NCBI GenBank assembly: GCA_964583985.1
Contig: CAZOYD010000008.1
Coordinates: forward strand, 1-64,000
Direction: 5' to 3'
Origin: an uncultured archaeon
Lineage (GTDB): Archaea > Asgardarchaeota > Lokiarchaeia > Sigyniarchaeales > SOKP01
Length of the DNA stretch: 64,000 bases
Positions 1 to 9,498 of this stretch are shown in pieces; positions within the stretch are counted from its first letter, which is position 1, and every line of letters starts with the position of its first letter. The position numbers and the translations under genes were made by a program. Below the pieces are notes generated by a model, which saw only the letters and a list, made by a program, of their open reading frames with translations, searched no databases and was not told the origin of the DNA.

Positions 1-1
1 A

Positions 2-1555
2 CTGGTTTGGGTTGATAATTTCTCTAGATCAGTAACCTATGAAGGTCGTCCTGCAAATTTAATAACTCAAATCGATATTACAGAAAAATTAGAAGCTGAG
101 CAAAAATTAAAGGAGTCGGAAGAAAAATACCGATATTTTTTTGATAATGCCCAGATAGGATTATTTTGGTCAAGAATCAGTGACGACAAATTTCTTGAGT
201 GCAATGAGACTTTTGCCAAATTAGTTGGATATGACACGCGAGAGGAATGCTTGGCAGATTATGTCTCTCTCGAGCATTATGTGGATTTAACTATGCGTGA
301 TAAAATGTTTAACGAAATCCGCGATAAACATGAAGTACACAATTTTGAGATACAAGTCACTAAAAGAGACGGAACACCCTATTGGACGAGTATCTCAGCT
401 CGAGTGGACCTAAAGGAAAATCGCATTGAAGGTGCTGCGATTGACATCACGGAACGCAAGCGAGCAGAACGGGAATTAAAAAAATCTGAAATAAAATATC
501 GTCATTTGTTTGAAACGTCTCTTTATTTTATAGGTTTGATGAATTCAGAAGGCATTTTAATAGATTGTAATAATGCTATAAAAAATATCGATTTTATGCA
601 GAATATAACAGGTAGATCTATTAAAGAAATTTTCTCTTTAAATGAGAAGAACAAACCTAATATCACTCTATTCGAAAAAGCGATAAAAAGCGTATTTGAA
701 GGTGTCATACAAGAAGGGTTTGATTTTCGTTTATATAGGACTGAGGGAGAATACCTTTGGATATATGTTGATTTTTCTTTAATAGAAATTGAAAATCAAA
801 AATCGATTCAATTTATTATGCAAGATATTACTGAACGTAAGCGCACAGAACAGTTACTTCAAGAATCTATTGAAGAATTAGCCAGAATTAATGCAGAACT
901 CAAGCAATTCACTTATGTTGCATCTCATGATCTAAAAGAACCTCTCCGAATGATTTCAAGTTTTACCCAACTATTAGAAAAACGTTATAAAGATAAATTA
1001 GATGAAGATGCCAATGATTTCATCCATTTTATTATTGATGGCGTCGCAAGAATGGAAGATTTAATAAAAAATTTATTAGACTATTCGAAAATTGGAAAAC
1101 AAAATAGGAAATATGAAGAAGTTGATTTAAACGATGTTTTAAAGGATGTCATTGATAATCTAAGGCACATAATTACTGAAACTAAAGCTGAAATTATTTA
1201 CGATTCTTTACCTAGTTTATTTGCTGATAGACATGAATTACTCCAAGTATTTCAAAATTTAATATCAAATGCACTAAAATTCCGTGGTATTGACGTCCCT
1301 CTTATTAAAATTTCAGCACGACCTGAAAGAAAACATTGGGTGTTTTCTATTCATGATAATGGAATAGGGATTGATTCAAAAGATTTTGAACGAATTTTCA
1401 TTATTTTTAAGCGCTTACATCCACTCGAAAAATACGAGGGAACCGGATTAGGATTAGCGATTTGTAAAAAAATAGTTGAAAGGCAAGGTGGTAAAATGTG
1501 GGTAGAATCCGAATTAGGGAAGGGTTCTTCATTTCACTTTACTATTAAAAAATGA
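2..1555 (+). CDS. Soluble multi-PAS sensor histidine kinase (5'-truncated by window edge)
   Basis: Frame is open from base 2 (LVWVDNFSRS...DITEKLEAEQKLKESEEKYR) into ORF 251..1555. Repeated PAS/PAC ends (DITERK), H-box ASHDLKEPL, N-box NLISNALKF, G-boxes DNGIGI and GTGLGLAIC. Confidence 0.93.
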   Translation: MVWVDNFSRSVTYEGRPANLITQIDITEKLEAEQKLKESEEKYRYFFDNAQIGLFWSRISDDKFLECNETFAKLVGYDTREECLADYVSLEHYVDLTMRDKMFNEIRDKHEVHNFEIQVTKRDGTPYWTSISARVDLKENRIEGAAIDITERKRAERELKKSEIKYRHLFETSLYFIGLMNSEGILIDCNNAIKNIDFMQNITGRSIKEIFSLNEKNKPNITLFEKAIKSVFEGVIQEGFDFRLYRTEGEYLWIYVDFSLIEIENQKSIQFIMQDITERKRTEQLLQESIEELARINAELKQFTYVASHDLKEPLRMISSFTQLLEKRYKDKLDEDANDFIHFIIDGVARMEDLIKNLLDYSKIGKQNRKYEEVDLNDVLKDVIDNLRHIITETKAEIIYDSLPSLFADRHELLQVFQNLISNALKFRGIDVPLIKISARPERKHWVFSIHDNGIGIDSKDFERIFIIFKRLHPLEKYEGTGLGLAICKKIVERQGGKMWVESELGKGSSFHFTIKK

Positions 1556-1620
1556 ATCAAAAAATGAATTAAGTTTTAAAAAAAAAATAAATATTAAAAA
1601 AAAAGAGGAAATGATGATTA

Positions 1621-1758
1621 GTGAATGTAAGAAATAAATTCAAAGCTGTTGAAATTTTATTAATTGAAGACAACCCTGGAGATGTTCGGTTAACATTCTA
1701 AGCTTTGAAAGAATTAAAAATTGTAAATAATTTGCATATTGTATGTATGAAGATATGA
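1621..1758 (+). pseudogene. Response regulator receiver remnant (Rcp1-like), premature stop and truncated
   Basis: Translates as MNVRNKFKAVEILLIEDNPGDVRLTF*ALKELKIVNNLHIVCMKI*, with in-frame TAA at 1699-1701. Homology ends before the phospho-acceptor Asp. Lies directly after the kinase. Confidence 0.85.
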
Positions 1759-2000
1759 GTCAGTTTTCACATTCATTAGAATTAGCTTTGAAAAAAATTC
1801 CACCATTTGATTTTTATACTATTTATTCTCATGATTTAGGATATGTTTTTCTGGGGATTATTAATGGTAAATCCATTATGGTAGAATTAGGGGAAGATCC
1901 ATCTGTAGAAGACGTAAAATTTTTACTTAACATAAGATTAAAATTAAATATTGATAAGAAGGTTTTTGAAAAATGGGCTTTTCGATACTTTGGGGAATAA
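1743..2000 (+). CDS. Hypothetical protein, possibly a gene fragment
   Basis: 85-aa ORF between the receiver remnant and the flavoprotein, overlapping both. No recognised motif. Confidence 0.3.
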   Translation: MYEDMSQFSHSLELALKKIPPFDFYTIYSHDLGYVFLGIINGKSIMVELGEDPSVEDVKFLLNIRLKLNIDKKVFEKWAFRYFGE

Positions 2001-2530
2001 CAGGTTCCGGTTATTTAATTGAAGAATCAATAGATCTAATGAAAGAACTACAAGAAAATCCAAATGTTGATATAACTGTCATGTTATCAAAGGAGGGGGC
2101 AGTGGTAGTAAAGTGGTATAGAAAATGGCTTTATTTAAAAGAAGTAGTAAAGAAAGTAGCTATTGAAAAAACACCAAATAATCCATTCTATGCAGGACCA
2201 CTACAAATTGGAAAGTATGATTTATTTATTACGTGTCCTGTATCTGCTAATAGTGTAGCAAAAATAGTTTGTGGAATTGGGGATACTTTAATTACCAACT
2301 GTGTTGCTCAAGCTATTAAAGGAGGGGTAACCGCTTATTTATTGCCATCAGATCAAGATCTCGAACCAATTACAACCGCAAGACCAGATGGGAGCCCTTT
2401 AACTCTTAAAATTCGAGATGTCGAGATTGAAAACGTGGAAAAATTGCGTAATATGGATGGCATTATTGTTCTTAGGGATTTTTCCGAGATCAAAAAAATA
2501 ATTACTGCTAAAATGGAAAATCTTAAATAA
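1973..2530 (+). CDS. afpA: Archaeal flavoprotein, AfpA/HFCD family
   Basis: ILWGITGSG N-terminus, GPLQIGKYD, PVSANSVAKIVCGIGDTLITN, LPSD. Confidence 0.8.
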   Translation: MGFSILWGITGSGYLIEESIDLMKELQENPNVDITVMLSKEGAVVVKWYRKWLYLKEVVKKVAIEKTPNNPFYAGPLQIGKYDLFITCPVSANSVAKIVCGIGDTLITNCVAQAIKGGVTAYLLPSDQDLEPITTARPDGSPLTLKIRDVEIENVEKLRNMDGIIVLRDFSEIKKIITAKMENLK

Positions 2531-2541
2531 AAAAAGAGCTG

Positions 2542-2973
2542 TTAAGATTCAAAAATAACAGGGATTATTGCAGATTCAGGACATTGAGCTTGACATTGCA
2601 AGCACCCCCGACATCGAGCAACTTCATTATACTTGAATTTTATTACTTCAATTTCCTTTTCTCCGACTTTAACCTTGGTTTTATAGAACAGATCGTGAGG
2701 ACAGAAGTCTGAGAGACATTGTTGGCATAATGAACATTTATCATGATCAATTTTTATCGTAAGCACTTGATCTGGTACTACAGAAGTCACAACTATGGCA
2801 TTTCGAGGACAAACTTGAACACATGTGAGACAAGATTTACATTTATTATAATCTACTTTTCGAATCCCTTTATCAAATACTATAGCATTATTTTTACATG
2901 CTTTCAAACATCTTTCACATCGCATGCATAAATCTGCATCAATTTGAACAGGAATAAAACGTTCTTTTACCAT
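2542..2973 (-). CDS. Polyferredoxin (up to four 4Fe-4S clusters)
   Basis: Four CxxCxxCxxxC motifs: CMRCERCLKAC, CKSCLTCVQVCP, CSLCQQCLSDFCP, CRGCLQCQAQCP. Confidence 0.9.
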   Translation of the reverse strand: MVKERFIPVQIDADLCMRCERCLKACKNNAIVFDKGIRKVDYNKCKSCLTCVQVCPRNAIVVTSVVPDQVLTIKIDHDKCSLCQQCLSDFCPHDLFYKTKVKVGEKEIEVIKFKYNEVARCRGCLQCQAQCPESAIIPVIFES

Positions 2974-3094
2974 TTTTATTGAGAGAATGATATTCTAAAA
3001 ATTTATAATTTTTAAAATAAAGAAAATGGTATAAACTTGACTTTTATAAAATATTACAAAGAAAATCTTATTTTGAGATTTAAAAAAATTAATT

Positions 3095-3838
3095 TTATTG
3101 GTAGTATTGCGTATATTCTTTTCTTTGGGTGTCTGGTAGTTGCTGTTGTGCTTGTTGATATTGTTGAGCTTTCTCTGCTAATTCTAGCATCTTTTTCTTG
3201 ATTTCTTTTCCTTCTTCTATGAGTTTCGAAGTATCAATTTTTAAATTATACATTTTATTTAAAACTTCAATTATAGCAGCTCCTGCTTCTGGTGTAGGTA
3301 TCTCTAAAACGGGAGTGAATAATGCAAAAGCTTTCAATCTAGTGGATAATGCTTCATTTAATATTGTTGCCTCAGGACCCACGATGATCCCCTTTTCAAC
3401 TTTCTTTATATCGAAAGATTCCAATCGCTCAATTAATTCCTTTTCAGCTGCGTAATATACGGGATAATCATCAATGACATCTCTTTGAGGAATTCCTTGG
3501 AAAATAACAATCTCATCTGCTCTTACATCCTCGCTTAATGCCCAGTTATTGATTGTTTTACTGAGATCATTGTATGCCGTTGACACTTGAAATGGAACCT
3601 CTGCAATTCCAACAATAAGGTTTGATTGAGGTGAATAATACAATCTAAAAGGATGTTTTAGTACACCATCATAAAATACACTGATTGGGGGTAGATATTC
3701 CGATGTTATGAATCCAATCTCTTTAATGTCTGGTATTTGATCAATTAGCGCATTTGCAACGATCGGACCAATCAATCCTATACCTGCAAACCCTAATATG
3801 ATGGTGGCTCCCGGTTTAATCTCAGTTGTAACATCCAT
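3095..3838 (-). CDS. Proteasome assembly chaperone PAC2 family protein
   Basis: ILGFAGIGLIGPI, PFRLY, GIIVGPEA, PEAGAAII...IDTSKLIEEG. Probable ATG at 3838 after a GGTGA SD-like sequence. C-terminal YYQ. Confidence 0.88.
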   Translation of the reverse strand: MDVTTEIKPGATIILGFAGIGLIGPIVANALIDQIPDIKEIGFITSEYLPPISVFYDGVLKHPFRLYYSPQSNLIVGIAEVPFQVSTAYNDLSKTINNWALSEDVRADEIVIFQGIPQRDVIDDYPVYYAAEKELIERLESFDIKKVEKGIIVGPEATILNEALSTRLKAFALFTPVLEIPTPEAGAAIIEVLNKMYNLKIDTSKLIEEGKEIKKKMLELAEKAQQYQQAQQQLPDTQRKEYTQYYQ

Positions 3839-4114
3839 TATCACCACAGTACTCTTTTTACCTTTTTCACATATATATTCTTTTTTTACCAATGTTAACA
3901 CTTCACTTTATTGCTTTATTTTAAGTTTATATTGATTATTATATTTAGTGAAGCTTAGATAATTAAAATTAATCTATTATTTATGGTTATTAAAAATTAA
4001 GGATTATTTTCTAGTTATTAAGAATATAATACTCAAGAATACCAATTTGCCATGATAAAGCTAATAAAAATTATAATATTATAATAATGCAATAATTTTC
4101 AAACATTCACAAAA

Positions 4115-4903
4115 ATGCTTCTAGAATTAGAGAATGTCACCATTTCTACATTTGATCAACAAAGGATAATTGTCAATAATGTATCCTTCGGTGTCAAAGA
4201 GGGATCTATTCATTCTATCATTGGGCCAAATGGTTCGGGGAAATCTACTCTTGCATATGCCATCATGGGATTATCAAATTATAAACTTGCAAGCGGAAAG
4301 ATCCTATTTGAAGGGCAAGACATTACTAATAAAACAATTACAGAACGTGCTCAATTGGGGATTACATTAGCATGGCAAGAACCTGCACGAATTGAAGGGT
4401 TAACCGTCGCAAAATATATCTCATTGGGCATGAAAGAAAAATCTAGTGCAAAAGCTAAGGAAGCCCTTAAAACAGTCAACTTAGAACCAGAAAGATACTA
4501 TGATCGATGCATTGATGATTCATTAAGTGGAGGAGAGCGCAAGAGAATAGAATTAGCAGCAGCAATAGCAATGCAACCACGTTTAATTATTCTGGATGAG
4601 CCAGATTCTGGTTTAGATGTGATTATCACGGAAGATTTCTGGAATATCTTTAATAAAATTAAAGAATTAAACATGACAATCCTATTAATTACACATAGAG
4701 AGGATATCGGGATGGTTGCTGATTACGGTACTCTTTTATGGAGAGGAGAACATTTAATTACTGACGAATTTCCAAAAGTGATGCTTCAATATTGCAAGAA
4801 AGCAGGTCTAAAAGAGTATTGCAAGCGAGCTCTATTTAAGAACGGTGCTAAATGTTTTGATGACGATTATATTGACAAAATTTTTGCAGGAGTAGATCTA
4901 TAA
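4115..4903 (+). CDS. sufC: SufC/SmsC-type ABC ATPase for Fe-S cluster assembly
   Basis: Walker A GPNGSGKST, ERAQLGITLAWQEP, LSGGERKRIELA, LDEPDSGLD, Cys-rich tail. Coupled to a SufB-like gene. Confidence 0.88.
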   Translation: MLLELENVTISTFDQQRIIVNNVSFGVKEGSIHSIIGPNGSGKSTLAYAIMGLSNYKLASGKILFEGQDITNKTITERAQLGITLAWQEPARIEGLTVAKYISLGMKEKSSAKAKEALKTVNLEPERYYDRCIDDSLSGGERKRIELAAAIAMQPRLIILDEPDSGLDVIITEDFWNIFNKIKELNMTILLITHREDIGMVADYGTLLWRGEHLITDEFPKVMLQYCKKAGLKEYCKRALFKNGAKCFDDDYIDKIFAGVDL

Positions 4904-5862
4904 TGACCGATAGTGAATACCCCGGAGAAATTTTACAGAGCTTGGAGGATTATAATATCGATATACGTGATTTTCTCCCAGGACACGGAAGTGGAGCCAA
5001 GCTATTGTTAAATTTCAACAAGATCTCTGGTATAGAACAAGTAAAGGGAATTGTACTAAAAGGGAGAGAAATAGAAAATGGAATAGTTGCTGATGTGGTC
5101 ATAAAGAAAGGGACCCATCACGATGAGCCCATTCATTTATGTTTTGGAGTTAATAAAGAATCAGGTATTCAAGAGATTTTTCCAAGAATCATTGCTGAAG
5201 ATGATACTGACGTAAAAATCCAAGCCCATTGTAGTTTTCCTAATGCAAATGGATTAATTCATAAGATGTTTGGACATTTTTATATCGGAAAGAATTGTAA
5301 TTTTACATATAGCGAAACGCATTATCATGGTGAGAATAGTGGTGCTCTTGTAGCTCCAGTTGCAATCATGTACGTGGGAGAAAATAGCACATTTGAAAAT
5401 AATTTTAATTTAACAAAAGGAACGCCAGGTATCGTTAAGATCATGATTGACATATACGCAATGAGAAACTCAACGATTCGTTCTAACATTCGAGCTTTTG
5501 GAAAGAGTAAAAAAGATTCGATAAGAATCAGAGATTCAATATTTCTTGAAGGAGAAAACGCCAGGAGTTTGATTAAAATGAAAGCAGCAGCAAGAGATGG
5601 CGGAGAAGTCTTAATGTATGGAGTAACCGAAGGAAATGCTCCCCATTGTAATGGACACGTCGAATGTAATGAAATCGTGTTGGGAAAGGGTTCAATTTGC
5701 AGAGCTCGTCCCTTTATTCGAGCAACGGATCCAACTTCAAGCATATCTCATGAAGCCTCATTGGGAAGATTTCCTCAGAAGTGGTTAGATGAGTTGCAAG
5801 CTAAAGGATTAACAGAAGCAGAAGCAACGGATATTTTAATTGAAGCAATGCTCCGTGAATGA
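4903..5862 (+). CDS. sufB: SufB/SufD-family (SmsB) Fe-S scaffold protein
   Basis: PIHLCFG, AHCSFPNA, GHVECNEI, SHEASLG, LQAKGLTEAEA. TAATG stop/start overlap with sufC. Confidence 0.88.
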   Translation: MTDSEYPGEILQSLEDYNIDIRDFLPGHGSGAKLLLNFNKISGIEQVKGIVLKGREIENGIVADVVIKKGTHHDEPIHLCFGVNKESGIQEIFPRIIAEDDTDVKIQAHCSFPNANGLIHKMFGHFYIGKNCNFTYSETHYHGENSGALVAPVAIMYVGENSTFENNFNLTKGTPGIVKIMIDIYAMRNSTIRSNIRAFGKSKKDSIRIRDSIFLEGENARSLIKMKAAARDGGEVLMYGVTEGNAPHCNGHVECNEIVLGKGSICRARPFIRATDPTSSISHEASLGRFPQKWLDELQAKGLTEAEATDILIEAMLRE

Positions 5863-5898
5863 TGAATATTTAAAAAATAATAAAAGAGTGGAATAAAA

Positions 5899-6414
5899 AT
5901 GGCTAAAGGATTAAAAATAGGAGATGACGCTCCTTTGTTCAAATTGGAGTCTTATAATGCAGGGGTTATAGATTTGGGAGAATTAATTGGTTCTCAAAAA
6001 ATTGTAATCATATTCTCTAGATATTTCGGCTGTCCAATATGTCAATTAGATTTAAACGAACTCCTAATTAATGTAAATGCGATTGAAGAAAAACGAGCTA
6101 AATTGTTATACATAACTCAATCAGGAGCAGAAATAGCTAAAAAATTCATTAGTGAGAAAAATATTACATTTCCCGTAATTCCATCATCAAAAGATGATTT
6201 ATACGCCACATACGGGTTAGGATTAATGACCGCAGGAGCACTTGCTAAATTGATGGGAAAATTAAAAGAAGCAAAAAAAGAAGGAATTGAACATGGTGAA
6301 TATGAAGGGTGGGAAAAGCAAGGACCAGGTCAATTTGTCATCGATCAAAGCGGTAAGATCATTCACGCGCAAACTGGTTGGCTGGATATCTCATCCTTAT
6401 TTGATGTATTATAA
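5899..6414 (+). CDS. Peroxiredoxin-like AhpC/TSA thioredoxin-fold protein
   Basis: LKIGDDAPLFKL, FSRYFGCPIC, QGPGQFVIDQSGKI. Confidence 0.82.
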   Translation: MAKGLKIGDDAPLFKLESYNAGVIDLGELIGSQKIVIIFSRYFGCPICQLDLNELLINVNAIEEKRAKLLYITQSGAEIAKKFISEKNITFPVIPSSKDDLYATYGLGLMTAGALAKLMGKLKEAKKEGIEHGEYEGWEKQGPGQFVIDQSGKIIHAQTGWLDISSLFDVL

Positions 6415-6446
6415 ATAATAATTATAGAATTTTTAGTATAAAAAAA

Positions 6447-7073
6447 ATGAAAGAAACTACAAAATATAATTCATATCGATTCGTTGGGACAATTAAGATC
6501 GACGAGATCATGCCTTGGTTTGATTTTGATAAAGGTAAACCTTGGGATGAAAGCGAAGTACCTTGGGTATTAGAAAATAAAGTAAGGAGGGAAATATTAC
6601 TTAAGCTTGCCAATCTAGGGTCTCAAAATTATGATGATATATACCAACAAATTAGTTTTTCCCCAAATCCCCTGTTAATAACCCCTGATGAATATGACGT
6701 TTCTGTGAATTATCAGTGGGATCACGCAGTTATTCAAAACCATTTACTTATTCTCGAATGGTATGGATTAATTCAATCAGATGATCAAAAATATACAGTA
6801 ACATTTCCAGTGTTAAAAATTAATGAGCTATATAATTTAGAAGAAATAACACTTAGAATTGCTCACCATTGGATAGAAATTATTCGTAAAATGAAATTAG
6901 AATTGGAAGAACAAGGAATAAAATACGAAATTTTGATCGAAAAAACTGTAGAGCAACTATATTCACTTCTTAAGGAAGAAAAAATGCTTCCAAACATCCC
7001 TAATATCAAAAATCTATGGACAGAACAACTTCGAGAGAGTAAATTCGAAGATTGGGTGAAAACAAATTTCTGA
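6447..7073 (+). CDS. Hypothetical protein with probable winged-helix domain
   Basis: LENKVRREILLKL...IQNHLLILEWYGLI resembles an ArsR-type winged helix. Confidence 0.55.
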   Translation: MKETTKYNSYRFVGTIKIDEIMPWFDFDKGKPWDESEVPWVLENKVRREILLKLANLGSQNYDDIYQQISFSPNPLLITPDEYDVSVNYQWDHAVIQNHLLILEWYGLIQSDDQKYTVTFPVLKINELYNLEEITLRIAHHWIEIIRKMKLELEEQGIKYEILIEKTVEQLYSLLKEEKMLPNIPNIKNLWTEQLRESKFEDWVKTNF

Positions 7074-7309
7074 ATTTTTTTATTACCATTTTTTTTATTG
7101 GATTTTTTTTCTCATTCTCATTTTTAATACTTACTTAAAATGAAGGTCATGTATTAAATGAAGATATATCACCACAATACTACGTAGATATCACTCAGTT
7201 TCAAAAGAAAAGCTCATATGATTTCTATATATATGTGGATATTTCTCTGGTAGCATCAAGATATTCCCATATAATAGGATAAAATATTATTTTCTGTGTG
7301 TGATGAACC

Positions 7310-7570
7310 ATGATAAGTTCTAATTTTGGAAATGATTTAGCTCTGGATTTAAGGAGTTTGTTTGATGATAAAAACTCGGGTGCTGAAGCCAATAATCAAG
7401 TAAAGAACCTGCAGAGCAAACCAATTGCTGATAACCTAACCTTGATGAATGAAATCCAAGCAATATTACGGGAATGTAGTCATCTCAATCCAGAACAGCG
7501 ATTGTTGTATTGTCAGAGTCAAAGATATTTTATGAAACTCTATTTGAGAGAAGTTAATAAGCAAGGTTAA
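7310..7570 (+). CDS. Hypothetical protein
   Basis: 86-aa ATG ORF with no overlap, convergent with the next gene. Confidence 0.5.
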   Translation: MISSNFGNDLALDLRSLFDDKNSGAEANNQVKNLQSKPIADNLTLMNEIQAILRECSHLNPEQRLLYCQSQRYFMKLYLREVNKQG

Positions 7571-7573
7571 TGC

Positions 7574-7936
7574 TTAAAAAAACCCAATATGCCCAATATC
7601 ATTTCCATTTTCATCTAATGCATATATTAATCCCATTGAGAGTGATTGATCACTCGATTGTTCGCTTAATTCCTTAGGTTTTGCTACTGCTTTTAGAGTT
7701 TCCAGTTTTAATATAAACGTCCCTCCACATTTATGGCACTTAATATGAATTAATTTTGTTAATTTCTTCTTATCTTCATATTCTTCTTTCTTAAAAGGTT
7801 CAAGGAGATTGAAATCTTTATTACCACAATTTTTCAAGAAGCATTGATCAAGGCTTAACCTTTCCATTCCACGCCGTGCTAATGAAACATAAGCAACACT
7901 TGGAATTTCATGCCATAAATCGTCATTATCTGCCAT
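7574..7936 (-). CDS. Hypothetical protein with putative zinc-binding Cys pairs
   Basis: CFLKNCG and KCHKCGG motifs. Probable ATG at 7936. Confidence 0.7.
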   Translation of the reverse strand: MADNDDLWHEIPSVAYVSLARRGMERLSLDQCFLKNCGNKDFNLLEPFKKEEYEDKKKLTKLIHIKCHKCGGTFILKLETLKAVAKPKELSEQSSDQSLSMGLIYALDENGNDIGHIGFF

Positions 7937-8099
7937 GTAGTAATGAACGTACAATCATTTTTTATGTTTTTCATTATTTTTTAAAAATTTTGCATTATGA
8001 GATTGTCGATTGTTGAGAAAGCAAATTTTTGAGGAATAATCTTATTTATTATTATTGATTTTTTTCCTTAATTTGTCCGATTTAATTTGGTTCAAAAGC

Positions 8100-8405
8100 A
8101 TGTCAATAAAGAAAGAATTTTCCGAAGAGATCTTGGAACACGTTTCCAAGTTAGCTTTACTTGATCTAACAGAAGAAGAAAAAGACAAATTTTCAACACA
8201 ACTAACTGATTTGCTCAATTATTTTAAGAAATTAAATGATTTAGATACCATAAATGTAGAGCCCATGACCCACCCAATCGAGGGTTTAAAGAACATATTT
8301 CGAGAGGATAAAACTTGGAATTCATTAACAAATGAAGAAGCGCTGTCTAATGCAAAATATAAACGTGATGGATATTTTAAAGCGCCTCGAATATTAAAGG
8401 ATTAA
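8100..8405 (+). CDS. gatC: Asp/Glu-tRNA amidotransferase subunit C
   Basis: HVSKLALLDL, LNDLDTINVEPM, FREDK, ALSNA...DGYFKAPRI. ATG at 8100. Confidence 0.93.
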   Translation: MSIKKEFSEEILEHVSKLALLDLTEEEKDKFSTQLTDLLNYFKKLNDLDTINVEPMTHPIEGLKNIFREDKTWNSLTNEEALSNAKYKRDGYFKAPRILKD

Positions 8406-8406
8406 T

Positions 8407-9408
8407 TCATTCTTTATATTCCCTTGTTAAAATCTCAATGGCTTTTTCCATGTCTTTTAACGCCTTTTTTCGCTCCTTGGAAGTCATGTTATAAAAATCA
8501 TCTGCAGAATCCCTTCCTATCTTTTCTGATTGAGCGGCGGGTTTAAATTTTTTATAGACTAAAGCATTGATATATCGCTCATAATATCCTAATGCTTTGT
8601 TTAGATCCACTGAATCTTTAATTTTATCCCATAGTTCCAGGTTTTCAAGGGAACGAATCCCAATATCAATCCGAAAATAACTGATTGGAAAAAGTACTTT
8701 TCTTTTCATGCCATATTCGATTAGTTTAATGTTATCTTCATCAATGTATAATTCAGGTAATTCGTCCTCGCTAAAAACTATATTATCACTCATGATATAC
8801 AAATTTGCAGCATTGCTTGAAGTACATACAATGCCTACAGCAAATCCTTTTGCTAATCTTAATCGGTTTATTAAATCTTCTAACCTTGAACCCTTGAAGT
8901 GAAGATTATCCATTTTAGCACCTTGAAACTCGAATAAGATCGTATTAACCCCTCTTTCATTTAGAGTGATGGTTGGAAATAGATTTTTTTCCCTCGAACG
9001 TTTATGCGATTCCATGAATTTATTGATAAGATTATAATCTAATTTAAGATCAGGAATAACAGAAGAATTGGCATCAAGGAAAGCATCCACTTCAAAATCA
9101 GCAATACCATAGAAGATTTTTTGATTATTGATAATTTGATAAATAATTTTTATAATTGCATCAGTTAAAGCTTCAGGATCTTCCCGTATCGAATCATATT
9201 CAGTGGTCGTGAATGTATCTATTTGATCATCTAATCCTTCCTCTTCATAAAATTTAGCCCACGACATTTCAGTATAGATATTTCCCTCATTATAAAAATT
9301 ATGACGATTATCTATGCTGATAATAGATTTTGAACCCCCAATCTCTACACCTTCGGTTGTGCCCGATGCGAGAATGCTGTTAGGGGGGTTATAAAAAGTA
9401 AGGGGCAA
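8407..9408 (-). CDS. Hypothetical soluble protein
   Basis: 333-aa ORF with normal composition. No recognised motif. Confidence 0.7.
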   Translation of the reverse strand: MPLTFYNPPNSILASGTTEGVEIGGSKSIISIDNRHNFYNEGNIYTEMSWAKFYEEEGLDDQIDTFTTTEYDSIREDPEALTDAIIKIIYQIINNQKIFYGIADFEVDAFLDANSSVIPDLKLDYNLINKFMESHKRSREKNLFPTITLNERGVNTILFEFQGAKMDNLHFKGSRLEDLINRLRLAKGFAVGIVCTSSNAANLYIMSDNIVFSEDELPELYIDEDNIKLIEYGMKRKVLFPISYFRIDIGIRSLENLELWDKIKDSVDLNKALGYYERYINALVYKKFKPAAQSEKIGRDSADDFYNMTSKERKKALKDMEKAIEILTREYKE

Positions 9409-9498
9409 TGATTATTTCACGTATATTTTATTTTAAGTGTTCTAATAATAATACGTTATAATTTATTTAAATAATTAGTGAAATGAATATTCTAAGAT

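Noticed and set aside
7140-7270. Several GATAT words upstream of the 86-aa ORF
   Set aside because: Irregular spacing and short AT-rich words cannot be told from background.
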